Shown piece after piece: positions 47,187 to 59,145 of a stretch of DNA of 64,000 nucleotides. A program made the position numbers and the translations under genes. Each line of letters begins with the position of its first letter. The stretch's first letter is position 1. The stretch comes from an uncultured Holophagales bacterium (GTDB taxonomy: Bacteria; Acidobacteriota; Thermoanaerobaculia; Multivoradales; UBA5704). Where the stretch lies: assembly GCA_963842525.1 (NCBI GenBank), contig CAWJGT010000009.1:1696001-1760000 (forward strand), in the 5' to 3' direction. The notes beneath the pieces were generated by a model. That model searched no databases, had not been told where the DNA came from, and saw nothing but the letters and a program-made list of their open reading frames with translations.

Positions 47187-49181
47187 ATGCCGGACACAGA
47201 GACGCCGCGCCCGCGGCTGATCGCGGTTGCCGGGCCGCGGGCCGGATCGGTCTTCAAGCTTGGGGACACGGAGCTGGTCATCGGCCGGCAGGCCGGCTGC
47301 TATGTCCAGCTTCGGGACCTCGAGGTGTCGCGCCGCCACTGCTCGGTCACGAGGATCGCAGGAAGTGCCGCAGGAAGTGCCGCAGGAAGTGCCAGCCGTT
47401 TCGTCGTGCGCGATCTGGGCAGCCGCCATGGCACCTTCGTCAACGGCTTGGCCGTGACCGAACGCGAGCTGGTGGAAGGGGATGGGATCGGCGCCGGCAG
47501 CTCGCTGCTCATCTTTGCAACCGGCGAGGAGCCGGCCGGCGAGCGTTGCGCGGTCCAGCTCGACGAGGGCGCGTGGACCGCCGACACCTCGGTCCAGCTC
47601 GCGCCGCGCGAGAGCGCCTACCTGCGGCCGGCGCCTTCAGGGTCTCCAGTGCCGGCGATATTGCCAGAGGCCGGCTCGCGCCTGCTGCGTGACCTCTCGC
47701 TGCTGGTGCGGGTCAGCGCGGTCCTCCAGTCCTTGCCGGCGGTCGAGCCGCTCTGCCGCCGCCTCCTCGGCCTGCTCTTCGAGGCGATACCTGCCGAGCG
47801 CGCCGCCTTTCTCCTCCTCGACCGGGAGGACGGCGAACCGGCTCTCGCCTACACCCTCGAACGCCGCAGCGGCTCCGCCCGGCCCTTCAAGGTGAGCCGC
47901 ACGGTGGTTGCGCGGGTGCTCGGGGAGCGGACCGGCCTGCTCGCCAGCGATTCGCTGCGGACCTCCGACCTGGGAGAGGCCGCGAGCGTGCGGGCGGCGC
48001 GCCTGCGCTCACTCCTCGCCGTCCCCGTGCTCCACCTGGACCGCGCTCTGGGGCTCATCTATCTCGATACGCCCGAGAGCGGAGACGCGGTGCGCTTCGA
48101 CCGCGGCCACCTGGAGCTGGCGACCGCGGTGGCCGGCCTTACCGCGCCGGCCCTCGCCAACGCCCGCCGCATCGAGCGGCTGGAGGCGGAGCGGCGAGCC
48201 GCTGCCGCGGGAGCCCTTGGCCGCGGGCTGGTGGGGAAGAGCCCGCGCCTCTTCGCCGTCCGCGGCTTCCTCGCCCGGGTGGCGCCCACCGACTCGACCG
48301 TCCTCCTCCGCGGCGAGAGCGGCACGGGCAAAGAGCTTGCGGCGCGGGCGATCCATGAGGGGAGCCCGCGCGCCGGCGGCCCCTTCGTCGCCATCAACTG
48401 CGCCACCCTGTCCGAAACCCTGCTCGAAAGCGAGCTCTTCGGCCACGAGAAAGGGGCCTTCACCGGCGCCGTGGCGCAAAAGATCGGCAAGCTCGAAGCA
48501 GCGGAAGGCGGCACCCTCTTCCTGGACGAGGTGGGGGAGATCCCGGTCCACCTTCAGGCCAAGCTCCTCCGCGCCCTGGAAGAACGCGAGCTGGTGCGGG
48601 TGGGGAGCACGCGCGCTATCAGAGTCGACGTGCGGGTGATCGCCGCCACCCACCGCGACCTCGAAAAAGGGATCGCCACCGGGACCTTCCGCGCCGACCT
48701 CTACTATCGCCTGAACGTCCTCGCCTTGGAGCTGCCGCCGCTGCGCGACCGGCGCGAGGACATCCCACTCCTGGCCCGGCATTTCGTCGCCCGCCTGGGA
48801 CCGCGGCTCGGCCGCCCTGCCGCCGCCTTCACCCCGGAGGCCCTGGACTGCCTGTTGCGCTACCCCTGGCCGGGCAACGTGCGCGAGCTCGCCAACGCCA
48901 TCGAGCGTGCCCTGGTGCTGGGGGACGGGGACTGGCTGCGGCCCGAAGACCTCCCCGAAGCAGTGGTCGAGGCCGGCGGCCGGAGCGCAGGGCGCGAAGC
49001 CGGCCCCGTCGCCCCCTACCACGAGGCGCTCCTGCGTCTGAAGGAAGACCTGGTGCTCACAGCGATCGAGCAGGCCGCCGGCAACGTCACCCGGGCCGCC
49101 GAGCTCCTGGGCATCCACCCAAACTACCTCCACCGCCTGATCCGTAACCTCGGCCTGCGGCCCCGTCTCGGGCTCTCCTGA
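47187..49181 (+). CDS. FHA-GAF sigma54-dependent transcriptional activator (bEBP)
   Basis: FHA ([20 protein letters not shown]); GAF; [37 protein letters not shown]; Fis-type HTH. Confidence 0.95.
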   Translation: MPDTETPRPRLIAVAGPRAGSVFKLGDTELVIGRQAGCYVQLRDLEVSRRHCSVTRIAGSAAGSAAGSASRFVVRDLGSRHGTFVNGLAVTERELVEGDGIGAGSSLLIFATGEEPAGERCAVQLDEGAWTADTSVQLAPRESAYLRPAPSGSPVPAILPEAGSRLLRDLSLLVRVSAVLQSLPAVEPLCRRLLGLLFEAIPAERAAFLLLDREDGEPALAYTLERRSGSARPFKVSRTVVARVLGERTGLLASDSLRTSDLGEAASVRAARLRSLLAVPVLHLDRALGLIYLDTPESGDAVRFDRGHLELATAVAGLTAPALANARRIERLEAERRAAAAGALGRGLVGKSPRLFAVRGFLARVAPTDSTVLLRGESGTGKELAARAIHEGSPRAGGPFVAINCATLSETLLESELFGHEKGAFTGAVAQKIGKLEAAEGGTLFLDEVGEIPVHLQAKLLRALEERELVRVGSTRAIRVDVRVIAATHRDLEKGIATGTFRADLYYRLNVLALELPPLRDRREDIPLLARHFVARLGPRLGRPAAAFTPEALDCLLRYPWPGNVRELANAIERALVLGDGDWLRPEDLPEAVVEAGGRSAGREAGPVAPYHEALLRLKEDLVLTAIEQAAGNVTRAAELLGIHPNYLHRLIRNLGLRPRLGLS

Positions 49182-49200
49182 CAGCTCGTTGACCGCCGCC

Positions 49201-49355
49201 ATCCGATCTCTTCACCCAAGCCGATCGGCTCGTGGCGTCTATCCGATCGGCTAGACCGGGCGCTTCCCGGTCTCTTAGCCGATCCTGCAATCCCTTTGTT
49301 TGCAGGCGGATAGGAAAACAACATCCCTTCTCTCCCGGCTGGCACCGAACCTGCC
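49201..49355 (+). promoter_or_regulatory. Sigma54 -24/-12 promoter with upstream CCGATCGG palindromic boxes
   Basis: TGGCACCGAACCTGC at 49340-49354 (GG-N10-GC); CCGATC(GG) at 49203, 49221, 49243, 49279. Confidence 0.65.
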
Positions 49356-49499
49356 TTGGACAGGGTGCGAAGTGAACAAACCGCGCTACCGCGCGCCAAC
49401 CCAGGAGGAAGACACATGGCCAGCACCGTCATCGATTGATTCCGCCCGCGCTCACCCGAAAGGCCTTGAAACATAACGGGTAGGAACTCTGAGAGGAGA

Positions 49500-50624
49500 A
49501 TGATGATGAACCGCTGCAAAAAGATCATGTTTCCATGCCTGCTTGCCTTCGCCGCCTCCCTGCCCATGCTTCCAGGGGCAGCCGCAGCAAGGACTCCATG
49601 CCTGGCGCTCGTCTCCGATCAGGAGGCGAAGACGCCGAAGCCTCTCGAGCCGAGCGGCATGGTCTGGGACGGGAAGAGCACCCTCTACATCGTCAGCGAC
49701 AACGGCCAGATCGTATCCATTCCCGTCGCGGCTCCGTACACGACGGATCCGACCCAGTGGACGATCCTCTACCAATGGGACAAGAAGGGCTCGGGAGACA
49801 AGGAGAAGGCGGCCAACGATTTCGAGAGCGTCGCCAGAGTGCCGGGACGGGACGACTTTCTCTACGTCGGCATCGAAGGCGACAACTGCTCGAAGTGCGA
49901 CGGGTCCACGATCAAGGAGCTCTCCATCTCCGGCAAGAAGTTCACGGGCAATGCATGGCTGCTCGGGGGCACCAAGATGGAATCCATGACGTTCATCCCC
50001 GACGCCGCGGTCGACCCGGAGGGCTTCAAAGGGTATTTCCTGACCGCGGCTCAAAACAGCGGCACGGTCCACCGCTACGACCTCGAGTTGGGAGGCAAGA
50101 AGACCGTCACGGAGAACACGAACGTCCCGACTTTCACCCCTGCGATCGAGCCCAAGAATTCCGATTTCCAGTTCTCTCCGGGCAACTCCGTGTTCTATGC
50201 CGCCTATGACGACGACAGCGAACACGACCCGGCCAAGCCAGGGAAACAGCGGGTCGTGCAGTACACCAGGTCGGGCAACACTTTCGTCAACGGCATCACC
50301 ACGTATCTTCCCTACAGTCGTGGCGTCGAAGCGGTTGCCGATGTCTTGAAGGGAGGGACGGTCAGTCTCTACATCGGCATCGATCTGAGCTCCAAGCAAA
50401 GGCCGTCGGCCAATGCCCCCAATCGGGTCGACCTGTATGCGCCATTTCCGAATTACGACGACTGCCCCTGTGCGGCCCAGACGTCGTGCGGTCTCATCAA
50501 GGGTACGAATTGCGGCTGGTGCGCCTCCCTTCATCGGGCCCTGCCGGGTACGGAGGACGGGGGGCCGAGCGTCGGGACGTGCGTCAATTGGATCTGGAAG
50601 TCCTCGAGCTGCAAGAACAACTGA
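49500..50624 (+). CDS. Secreted beta-propeller-like protein with Cys-rich C-terminal module
   Basis: Signal peptide; blade starts EPSGMVW, DFESVA, MESMTF, GVEAVA; tail C..C..CGWC..C..C. Confidence 0.65.
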   Translation: MMMNRCKKIMFPCLLAFAASLPMLPGAAAARTPCLALVSDQEAKTPKPLEPSGMVWDGKSTLYIVSDNGQIVSIPVAAPYTTDPTQWTILYQWDKKGSGDKEKAANDFESVARVPGRDDFLYVGIEGDNCSKCDGSTIKELSISGKKFTGNAWLLGGTKMESMTFIPDAAVDPEGFKGYFLTAAQNSGTVHRYDLELGGKKTVTENTNVPTFTPAIEPKNSDFQFSPGNSVFYAAYDDDSEHDPAKPGKQRVVQYTRSGNTFVNGITTYLPYSRGVEAVADVLKGGTVSLYIGIDLSSKQRPSANAPNRVDLYAPFPNYDDCPCAAQTSCGLIKGTNCGWCASLHRALPGTEDGGPSVGTCVNWIWKSSSCKNN

Positions 50625-50693
50625 GCCGGGCTTCCCTACCGTGCGACTGGAGGAGCGGCTCCCCGGGGCCCCAAGCCGGACCGCTCCCCTCGT

Positions 50694-50771
50694 CGTAAGG
50701 ACGACCGCACAGGTCAGGCCGTCGAGGTCGCCGCGGGTGACGAGAAGCATAAGGCTGGCTCCCGGTTCGAA
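50694..50771. repeat. Direct duplication of the 5' end of the DHH phosphoesterase gene
   Basis: Nearly identical to about 53088-53166 (CGTAAGGACGACCGCACAGG...GCATAAGGCTGGCTCCCGGTTCGAAG). Confidence 0.9.
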
Positions 50772-50867
50772 GGCAGTCGTGGAGCCGGCAGAGTGCTTCC
50801 CAAGCACTCTACTCCGTTGTAGCATTGGAGCGGCGCTGCCGCTTACCGGCATCCCCGTGACTGCCGC

Positions 50868-51170
50868 ATGACAACCACAGCCTCGCGGGCACGATTCGAA
50901 GTAACCGACCACTTTGAGCTCAGCGGTCGCGGCGGCTTCGTCATAGGGCATATCAAAGACGGTGTGATTCGCCCAGGAATGCTCGCCCAAACGGGCACAG
51001 ACCCATCGACGTTGACGATCAGCGGAGTTGAGTTCCTGGACAACCTTGCCGAGAAGAGGTTCTGGAATGCGCTAGTGTTTGCGGAGCGCCCCGCCCTAGA
51101 CTTTGTCAAGAGGGTGTTCCCACTCGGTAGCATTATCGAATTGGGGGCCGCGTATGAAGACGGAAACTGA
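50868..51170 (+). CDS. Small protein resembling translation-factor beta-barrel (EF-Tu domain II-like)
   Basis: FEVTDHFELSGRGGFVIGHIKDGVIRPGM; lower GC than the flanks. Confidence 0.5.
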   Translation: MTTTASRARFEVTDHFELSGRGGFVIGHIKDGVIRPGMLAQTGTDPSTLTISGVEFLDNLAEKRFWNALVFAERPALDFVKRVFPLGSIIELGAAYEDGN

Positions 51171-51998
51171 CGACGCGCGTGGAGTCCTGAGTGGTCGATT
51201 GGAACCTGCTGCGGAGAACGTGGTGAGATTCCTTGGTGCACTGGTCTTGATTCTGTCGATCGCTCTGCTTGGCTTCTCGATATACGCCCTCGGAGCCGCC
51301 AAGGCCATGGCCGGTCGTTTGACTGTGGTCGGCGACGCATTCGGCCAACAACTCGATGCGAGGGATTGGCAGCGCCACTGGGTCGCGGCGTCGATCATCA
51401 ACGGCCTCCTGGCAGCGATAGGCGTTGCCGCCGGCTTCGGCCTGCTAACTCGGCGCTCCGCGGTCTCGACGAGAGTACAGGCGAGCCCCTGCCAACTCAC
51501 GTACGCACGCCGGCCGGAACGCACGTGGAGCTTCGCAGCGTAGAGCTCCAGAGCGAGGTCGCCGAACGCTTTGGGAGCAGCGTGGAACTGATGATGCTCA
51601 AGCACGGGATCTTCGATGATGCCTCCGTATCGGTGATTAGCCTGGCGACCATTGCTGGCATTGGTGGCGAGGCGGGAGTGAACCTCGATCGCGGGCGCTT
51701 CCGAGCCAACATTGTGCTCGAGACTCGCCACTGCGAGCCGTTTCTCGAGGATGCGTGGGTAGGCGGGACACTGGTGTTCGGCAACACCGAGCCAAAGCCA
51801 GCCGTGAGCGTGACGGCCCGTGACGTGCGATGCATGATGCTCAACCTCGATCCGGACACGGCCACACAAGACAAGCGGGTGCTGAAGACAGTCGTACGTC
51901 TGAACAAGAACAACGCGGGCGTCTATGGCACGGTGGTGCAAAGCGGTACAATCCGCGTTGGTGAGCCAGTGAGCCTCATATTGGACGCGCGGCGCTGA
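51154..51998 (+). pseudogene. Chimeric remnant: truncated membrane protein joined to an N-truncated MOSC-domain protein
   Basis: Two TM segments then a junction near 51465; MOSC motifs IFDDASVSVI, RFRANIV, RCMMLNLDPDT, GVYGTVVQSGTI. Confidence 0.7.
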
Positions 51999-52251
51999 AG
52001 ACGCGCAACACGCTCAACAACTCCTGCAAGGGGACTTGCTTCCCCTGTGCGACGTTGCTGACCTGTACCGGTCAAAGCTGCGTCAGTTGCCCAAACTGCC
52101 CAAGCGGGGTCGAGTGCTGACACGAATGCGATGAATTGGAAATTGGAGGGCTTCAGATTTTTCCGAAGCCCTTCAGAACCTTCCTAAGCCTTCGAGAACC
52201 GACGAATCAGCCGCCACGCCGAGGAGCTTGCTGCGGGAGGGGCGTCCTAGA

Positions 52252-53144
52252 TCAGCCGTTCGCCTTCAGCTCGTTGATCACCATCTGGATCTGCTGGTCC
52301 GGATCGTCCATCAGCGGGATGCTGCCCGCGCCGCGGTGGCCGCCGCCGCCGTAGCGGGCGGCGAGCTCGCCGACGTTGGTCTTGCAGGTCCGGTTGAAGA
52401 TGCTGTGGCCGATGAGCAGCACCGGGAAGGAGCGGTTCGGCCCCCAGTGGACGCGCGTCGAGACGTTGACCTCCGGAAAGAGCGCATAGACCAGGAAGCG
52501 GTTGCCGATCGGCGGGTAGTCGAGGTCCCGGAAGTCGGTGATGACCACGTTGCCGTCGACCCGGCTGTGGCTGCGCAGCTCGGTGCGGAAGCTCTCGTCC
52601 TGGCTGTCGAGGATCTCGCAGCGCTTGCGCACGCTGGGGTCCGCCAGGACCTCCTCGACCGGAGGGCCGGACTTGAGCAGGTCGACGAGGTGCATGAAAT
52701 AGCTCTCGAAGGTGCCGAGCCCGGTGCGGCCGTCGATGGTGAAGCCGAGCTTGATGTAGCCCTGGGGAGCGAGGACGTCCTCGGGCCTGAGGTTTGCCGA
52801 ATCGAGGCGATCGGTCTCCTCGACGAGGTCCATGAGCTGGGCATCGCATCCTCGCCGCCGTAATACTCGTAGACCAGCCGCGCCGCCGACGGGGCCTCGC
52901 CGAAGGCGCCCTTGAACCCACCCATGGGCACGTTGGGGGTCGCCGTGTGCAGGTGGTGGTCGAACCACATCGAGCATGCGGGGTGGTAGGGGAGGTTGGC
53001 GATGATGTCGCCTGACCGGATCTCGGCCCGTCCGTCGGAGATGTCCTGGGGATGGATGAGCTCGATCTTCTCGATCGGCTCGTTGAGCGTAAGGACGACC
53101 GCACAGGTCAGGCCGTCGAGGTCGCCGCGGGTGACGAGACGCAT
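52252..53144 (-). CDS. DHH-family phosphoesterase (exopolyphosphatase-like); frameshift near 52845
   Basis: MRLVTRGDLDGL, WFDHH, APSAAR, YGGGGHRGAG. Confidence 0.88.
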
Positions 53145-53234
53145 AAGGCTGGCTCCCGGTTCGAAGTTCCCGGGAAGGGTACCAGATTCCGGGGCGGGAG
53201 CGCCGAGGCGCTCGCTCCGCAGCGCGTTTCCTTG

Positions 53235-53344
53235 CCAGGGTTCACACCCTGGGCTACCGAATGGCGCCCTCCGGGCTCAAAAGCCTGGGATTCCAGAGCC
53301 CGGAGGGCGGAACTGGGTAGCCCCGGGTGTCAACCCGGGGCGAG
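53235..53344. repeat. REP-doublet element, copy 2
   Basis: Near-identical to 47008-47119. Confidence 0.85.
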
Positions 53345-53423
53345 TGGGCCGGGGGTGAGGTTTCTTCGCCACGGATCGCATACTCTCTCTCCGTCAAGCC
53401 GTTCGGATCTCAGGAGACCGTCC

Positions 53424-55910
53424 TTGCCCTTCACCCTCCCCGCCCTCCGCCCCCTCGCCCGCCTCGATTCTCCGGAGTCCGGGGTTCGTCGTTGTGCCGG
53501 TGTTGACGCTCGCCGTCGGCATCGGGGCCAATGCGGCGATCTTCAGCGTGGTCGATGCGGTGCTGATCCGTCCCCTGCCGTATCCGGAGCCGGAGCGGCT
53601 CGTGTCGATCGGACACACGGCGCCGGGGCTGGGGATGGAGAACGTGCCGCTCTCGGATGCGTCGTATGTCCTCTACCGCAAGAACAACCGGGTCGCTCGA
53701 AGAGCTGGGGATGTATTGGGCGACCTCCGCCACGCTGACCGGCGCAGCGGGACCCGGAGCGGTTGAGCGCCACGCATGCCACGGGCTCCCTGTTCACGGT
53801 GCTGCGGGTTCCGGCCGCCTTGGGGCATGTGATCCAGGAGGCCGACGAGCGGCCCGGGGCGGACAAGGTGGTGCTTCTGTCCCATGCTCTCTGGCAGCGC
53901 TGGTTCGGCGGCGACCCCGGGGTGCTGGGCTCGTCGCTGCGGGTCGACGGCGAGGTGCGGCGCGTGATCGGCGTCATGCCCGAAGGGTTCCACTTCCCGG
54001 ATGCCGAGACGGAGCTGTGGATCCCGGTGACGCTCGACCTGGCGGGCCTCCAGATGGGGAACTTCAACTTCGGAGGGCTGGGCCGGATGCGCTCCGGGAC
54101 CACGGCCGGGCAGGCCGACCGCGAGCTCTCGGCTCTGGTCCAGCGCATCCCGGAGGCCGGCGGCGAGGAGCAGGGGATCACCCGCGGCATGCTCGAGCAG
54201 GCGAAGCTCTCCGTCGTCGTCGAGCCGCTGCGGGACGCGGTCGTGGGGGATCTCGAAAACATCCTCTGGACGCTGCTGGGCGGCGTCGGGCTCGTCCTCC
54301 TGATCGCCTGCGCCAACGTGGCCAACCTCTTCCTGGTGCGGGCGGAGTCGCGGCAGCGGGAGATGGCGGTGCGCTCCGCCCTGGGAGCCTCGCGGCGCGA
54401 GATCGCCCGTCTCTTCCTGGCCGAGAGCCTCGCGCTCGCTTTGGCCGGCGGCGCCGTCGGGATCCTCCTGGCCGCCGCGGGCGTACGCCTCCTGGTGAGA
54501 CTGCGGCCCCAGGGCATCCCGCGCCTGGAGGAGATCGGCGTCGACGGCTCGGTGCTCGCCTTCACGGTCCTGCTGAGCCTGCTCGCGGGTGTTCTGGTCG
54601 GCGTGCTGGCGGCGTTCCGCTTCAATGCGCCGGACCTGATGCCTTCCCTCAAGGAAGGAGGCCGCGGCGGCGGTATGGCGGGGGTGGGCCGTGCGCGCCA
54701 TCTCGCCCGCCACGTCCTGGTGGCCTTCCAGGTGGCCTTCGCCCTCATGCTCCTGGTGGGAGCGGTCCTCATGGTGCAGAGCTTCTGGCGGCTGCGCGAT
54801 GTGGACCCGGGGCTGCGGCCGGAGGGAGTCCTCACCCTGCGCCTCGACCTGCCCGCGGCCAAGTATCAGGACCCGCCGTCCGCCGCCCGGTTCGTGACGC
54901 AGCTCCTGGAGCAGGTGCGAGCCCTTCCCGGCGTCGCGTCGGCGGGCACGGTGTCGGAGCTGCCGCTGACCGGCCGGCTGACGGGCGGCGGCCATGTGAT
55001 CGAGGACCACCCTCTGCCTCCCGACACCCTGCCAACCCTCATCGGCTACCGCACCGTCAGCCCCGGCTACTTCGAGACCATGGGGATCCCCTTGATCGCG
55101 GGGAGGACCTTCGACCGCCTCGATCCGGACCGGCCGGCCGACGGGGTGGTGGTCAGCGAGGCTGTGGCGAAGCGCTTCTGGCCCCAGGGGAGCGCCCTGG
55201 GGAAGCGGCTGTCCCCCGGTGATCCGGAGGAGCCGAGGTGGTTCACCATCGCCGGCGTGGTCGGGAGTGTCCGGGAGCAGAGGCTCGAGGAGCCGCCGAC
55301 CGAGGTGGTCTACTACCCGGTGCGCGCGCGTGCCGCCGGAGCACCGGCCGATGCGGAGGCGGTATCGCGGAGCTTCAGCCTCGTCGTCCACAGCACGTCC
55401 GGCAGGCCCGAGTCGCACGTCCAGCCCATCCAGAAGGTGATCCGGTCGCTCGACCCGAGCCTGCCGCTCTTCGAGGTCCGCACCATGCAGGAGGTCGTGG
55501 ACCGGTCCATGGCGCGCACCTCCTTCACCATGCTGCTGCTGGTGATCGCCGCCGCCATGGCCCTCCTGCTGGCCTCGGTAGGGCTCTACGGCGTCATCTC
55601 CTACGTCATGAGCCAGCGCACGCAGGAGATCGGTGTGCGAATGGCTCTCGGGGCGCGCCGGCTGGACATCGTCCGGATGGTGCTGCGGGAGGGGCTGGTT
55701 GTCACGCTCGCCGGCATCGCCCTGGGTCTGGCCGGCGCGTTGGGCGTCACGCGGCTGATGCGCGGCCTGCTCTACGGCGTGGAACCGGCCGATCCTGTGA
55801 CCTTCTCCCTGGTGCCCATTCTCCTCGCCGCCATCGCGCTCTTCGCGAGTTGGCTGCCCGCCCAGAGGGCTGCCGAGGTCGAGCCGCTGGAAGCGATCCG
55901 CTACGAATAG
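53424..55910 (+). CDS. ADOP-family duplicated ABC permease (MacB/FtsX), N-terminal frameshifts
   Basis: [53 protein letters not shown]; TTG start after AGGAG. Confidence 0.88.
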
Positions 55911-55968
55911 CATCCGCCTGTAACGTTCACCCTGTTCCCTTCGTAGTGGCATCCGAGGAGGGACTCTC

Positions 55969-58443
55969 ATGCTGTCAGCCATTCCAGTGCTCCGCCCGCT
56001 GGCCCGGGCGTTCGGCCGCAATCCGGGTTTCGTGTTGATCGCCGTGCTCACCCTGGCCGCCGGGATCGGCGCCAATGCGGCGATCTTCAGCGTGGTCAAT
56101 GCCGTGCTGATCCGCCCGCTGCCGTATCCGGAGCCGGACCGGGTCGTGGCGGTCTGGCATACGGCGCCGGGGCTCGAAATGCCGCAGTTCGAGCTGTCGG
56201 ATGCGAGCTACCTCCTCTATCGCCAGCGCAACCGGGTGCTCGAAGACCTGGGGATCTATTGGGATGGAGCGCAGACCCTGACCGGCGACGGCGAGCCCAA
56301 GCGGGTCGGCGCTTCGGGCCTGACGGCCTCGGTCTTCTCGGTGCTGCGGGCGCAGGCCGCGCTCGGACGGACCCTTCAGGCCGCCGACGAGCGCCGGGGT
56401 GCTCCGAAGGTCGCCGTTCTCTCCCACGCGTTGTGGCAGAGCCGGTTCGGCGGCGATCCCGAGGTCCTCGGCAAGACGCTGCGCCTCGACGGTGAGCTCT
56501 ATCGGGTCGTGGGCGTCATGCCCGAGATCTTCCACTTCCCGGTGGCGGAGACCGAGCTCTGGGTGCCCATGACCCTCGATCCCACACGGCTCGCTTCCGG
56601 CAACTTCAACTACAACGCGGTCGGGCGGCTGCGGCCCGGGGTCTCTGCCGAGCGGGCCGCCGGCGAGCTGTCGCAGCTCGTCTGGGCCCTGCCTGAGGTC
56701 ACTACCGATGAGGGCATCACCCGCGGCATGATCGAGCACGCGAAGCTCGCGTTGCTCGTCCGGCCGCTGCGCGACGACGTCGTCGGGGAGGTCGAGCGCG
56801 TGCTCTGGCTCCTCCTGGGCAGCGTCGGCTGCATCCTCCTGATCGCCTGCGCCAACGTGGCCAACCTCCTGCTGGTGCGGGCCGAGAGCCGGCAGCGCGA
56901 GGTGGCGGTGCGCACGGCCCTGGGAGCCTCGCGCGGCCAGATCGCCCGGCTGTTCCTGAGCGAGAGCCTGGCTCTTTCGCTGCTTGGCGGGGCGCTGGGC
57001 CTGGCCCTGGCCGCCGCGGGCGTGCGCCTGCTGGTGAGCCTGCGGCCCGAGGGCATCCCCCGCCTGGAGGAGATCGGCATCGGCGGCTCGGTGCTCGCCT
57101 TCACCCTCGCGGTGTCCCTCCTGGCCGGCCTGCTGATCGGCGCCCTGGCCGCGCTGTTCTATGGTTCCCCGAACCTGATTCCTGCGCTCAAGGAAGGGGG
57201 CCGCGGCGGCACGGCCGGCCGCGAGCGCCACCTCGTGCGCAACACCCTGGTGGTCGCCGAGACGGCCCTCGCCCTGGTCCTCCTGGTGGGAGCGGGCCTC
57301 ATGGTTAAGAGCTTCTGGCGATTGCGCAGCGTCGATCCGGGCTTCGACCCGCGGGGCGTGCTCACCGTGCGCCTGGATCTCCCGGAGGCGGAGTACCGGG
57401 ACGCCTTCGCCAATGCCCGGTTCGTCCAGCAGCTCCTCGAACGGGTGCGGGCGATCCCCGGGGTGGCCACGGGGGGGACGATCAGCAACCTCCCGCTGTC
57501 CGGCAACAACTCGAACAGCACTTACACCTTCGAGGACTTCCCCCTGCCGCCCGACACCGTGCCGCCGGTCCTCAGCACCCGCTTCGCGAGCCCCGGTTAT
57601 TTCGAGGCCATGGGCATCCCCCTGATCGAGGGGACGGCCTTCGAGCGTCTGGATCCGGCCAAGCGCGCCAATGGAATCGTGATCAGCGAGGCCCTGGCAA
57701 AACATTACTATCCGCAAGGGGGAGCCCTCGGCCGCCGCATCACCGCGGGGCTGCGGGACAAACAGCCAGCCTGGTACACCATCGTCGGCGTGGTGGGGAG
57801 CGTCCGCGACCAGGGCTTGCACACCGCTCTCACCGAGGCGATCTACTTCCCCGTGCTGCGGCTCGGCACGAAAGACGTCGAGGAGGAGGAGTGGGTGCCG
57901 CGCAATTTCACCCTCGTGGTGCGCAGCCGGGGCGCGGCTCCGGAGGCGCTGGCGCGGCAGGTGCGCGAAGCCATCTGGTCGCTCGACCGGAACCTGCCCC
58001 TCTCCCGGATCGCGACCATGGACGAGCTCGTGGAGCGCTCCATGGTGCGCACGTCGTTCACCATGCTGCTTCTGGTGATCGCCGCGTCCGTGGCGCTCCT
58101 GCTCGGCGCCGTGGGGCTCTACGGCGTCATCTCGTATGTGGTCAGCCAGCGGACGCAGGAAATCGGAGTGCGCATGGCCCTCGGTGCAGGCCGGCGGGAC
58201 ATCGCCCGCATGGTGCTGCGCGAAGGGCTCGGCCTTTCCCTTTTGGGCATCGTCCTCGGCCTCGCCGGCGCCTTTGCCGTCACGCGGCTGATGTATGCCT
58301 TGCTCTTCGAGGTGAGCGCCACGGACCTGGCGACCTTCGCGGTCGTCCCGATGCTCCTCGCCGCAGTGGCCCTCCTCGCCAGCTACATCCCAGCCCGCAA
58401 GGCTGCCGGGGTCGATCCGCTGGAAGCGATCCGCTATGAGTGA
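55969..58443 (+). CDS. ADOP-family duplicated ABC permease
   Basis: Same motifs, intact; tandem paralog of the previous gene. Confidence 0.93.
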   Translation: MLSAIPVLRPLARAFGRNPGFVLIAVLTLAAGIGANAAIFSVVNAVLIRPLPYPEPDRVVAVWHTAPGLEMPQFELSDASYLLYRQRNRVLEDLGIYWDGAQTLTGDGEPKRVGASGLTASVFSVLRAQAALGRTLQAADERRGAPKVAVLSHALWQSRFGGDPEVLGKTLRLDGELYRVVGVMPEIFHFPVAETELWVPMTLDPTRLASGNFNYNAVGRLRPGVSAERAAGELSQLVWALPEVTTDEGITRGMIEHAKLALLVRPLRDDVVGEVERVLWLLLGSVGCILLIACANVANLLLVRAESRQREVAVRTALGASRGQIARLFLSESLALSLLGGALGLALAAAGVRLLVSLRPEGIPRLEEIGIGGSVLAFTLAVSLLAGLLIGALAALFYGSPNLIPALKEGGRGGTAGRERHLVRNTLVVAETALALVLLVGAGLMVKSFWRLRSVDPGFDPRGVLTVRLDLPEAEYRDAFANARFVQQLLERVRAIPGVATGGTISNLPLSGNNSNSTYTFEDFPLPPDTVPPVLSTRFASPGYFEAMGIPLIEGTAFERLDPAKRANGIVISEALAKHYYPQGGALGRRITAGLRDKQPAWYTIVGVVGSVRDQGLHTALTEAIYFPVLRLGTKDVEEEEWVPRNFTLVVRSRGAAPEALARQVREAIWSLDRNLPLSRIATMDELVERSMVRTSFTMLLLVIAASVALLLGAVGLYGVISYVVSQRTQEIGVRMALGAGRRDIARMVLREGLGLSLLGIVLGLAGAFAVTRLMYALLFEVSATDLATFAVVPMLLAAVALLASYIPARKAAGVDPLEAIRYE

Positions 58444-58720
58444 GGCGCGAGAAGGAACCCGACCAGGCCCATCAGCAGGAAGAGCACGGCGAACCCGGCC
58501 CTGAGCAGGGCCAGGCCCCATAGAACTGCGAACGAGTCGACCTCCGCGGGGTCGTACCGGACCGCGACCGCCTCGCCGACCTCGAAGCCCTGGAAGCCGC
58601 GGTGGCCGAGGAGCCGGAGCAGAAGCTGGCAACGGTGACGATCCAGCAGCCCGGCTCTTGGAACGAACAGGGCGTCGTCGCCTTCGGAGAGCTGGACCCG
58701 GTGGTCTTCAGCGAGCTGGT
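58434..58720 (-). pseudogene. DUF3592-like membrane protein remnant
   Basis: FEVGEAVAVRYDPA followed by a TM helix; no clear start. Confidence 0.45.
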
Positions 58721-58862
58721 GCGGGACGTGGAGTCTCTGCGGGGCTGACCCCCTCACCCCCGACCCCTTTTCTATCGCCCCCGAGGGCAATCCGCAAGTC
58801 GCAGAGCCGCGGCCGCGTTTCCCAGCGCATGTGAGGGTCAAGGGGCAATACCGTTCGATTAG

Positions 58863-59145
58863 TTTGTCAGATTGCCGCAGAGAGACTGAGCCCCCGGAGG
58901 GGGCGACGGCGTGTAGCCCAGGGCGTGAGCCCTGGGTAAAAGGCCCGAATAATTTCTCCGAGCCCCGGTAGGGGCGACAGCGCGGGCGAGGGGCGCAAGC
59001 CCCGAAGGGCGTGGAGGAAGGTGCCGTCGCCCCGCTGGGGCTGGGGGTCAATCGGGGACCGCAGACCCAGGGCTGACGCCCTGGGCTACACGCCGTCGCC
59101 CCCCTCCGGGGGCTCAGAATCTCCTCTACCCAGCAATCTGACAAA
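58863..59145. mobile_element. Nested palindromic MITE/REPIN-like element
   Basis: Outer IR TTTGTCAGATTGC / GCAATCTGACAAA; inner long IR CTGAGCCCCCGGAGGGGGCGACGGCGTGTAGCCCAGGGCGT and its complement; no transposase. Confidence 0.7.

Noticed and set aside
47357-47395. 12-bp repeat GGAAGTGCCGCA x3 in the FHA domain
   Set aside because: In-frame loop expansion (AGSA); no evidence of phase variation.
50780-52140. Integron cassette array
   Set aside because: Cassette-like small genes, but I could not identify paired attC R/L boxes or an integrase.
53673-58632. Long minus-strand ORFs (808 and 885 aa)
   Set aside because: Antisense shadows of the ADOP permeases, typical of high-GC coding DNA.
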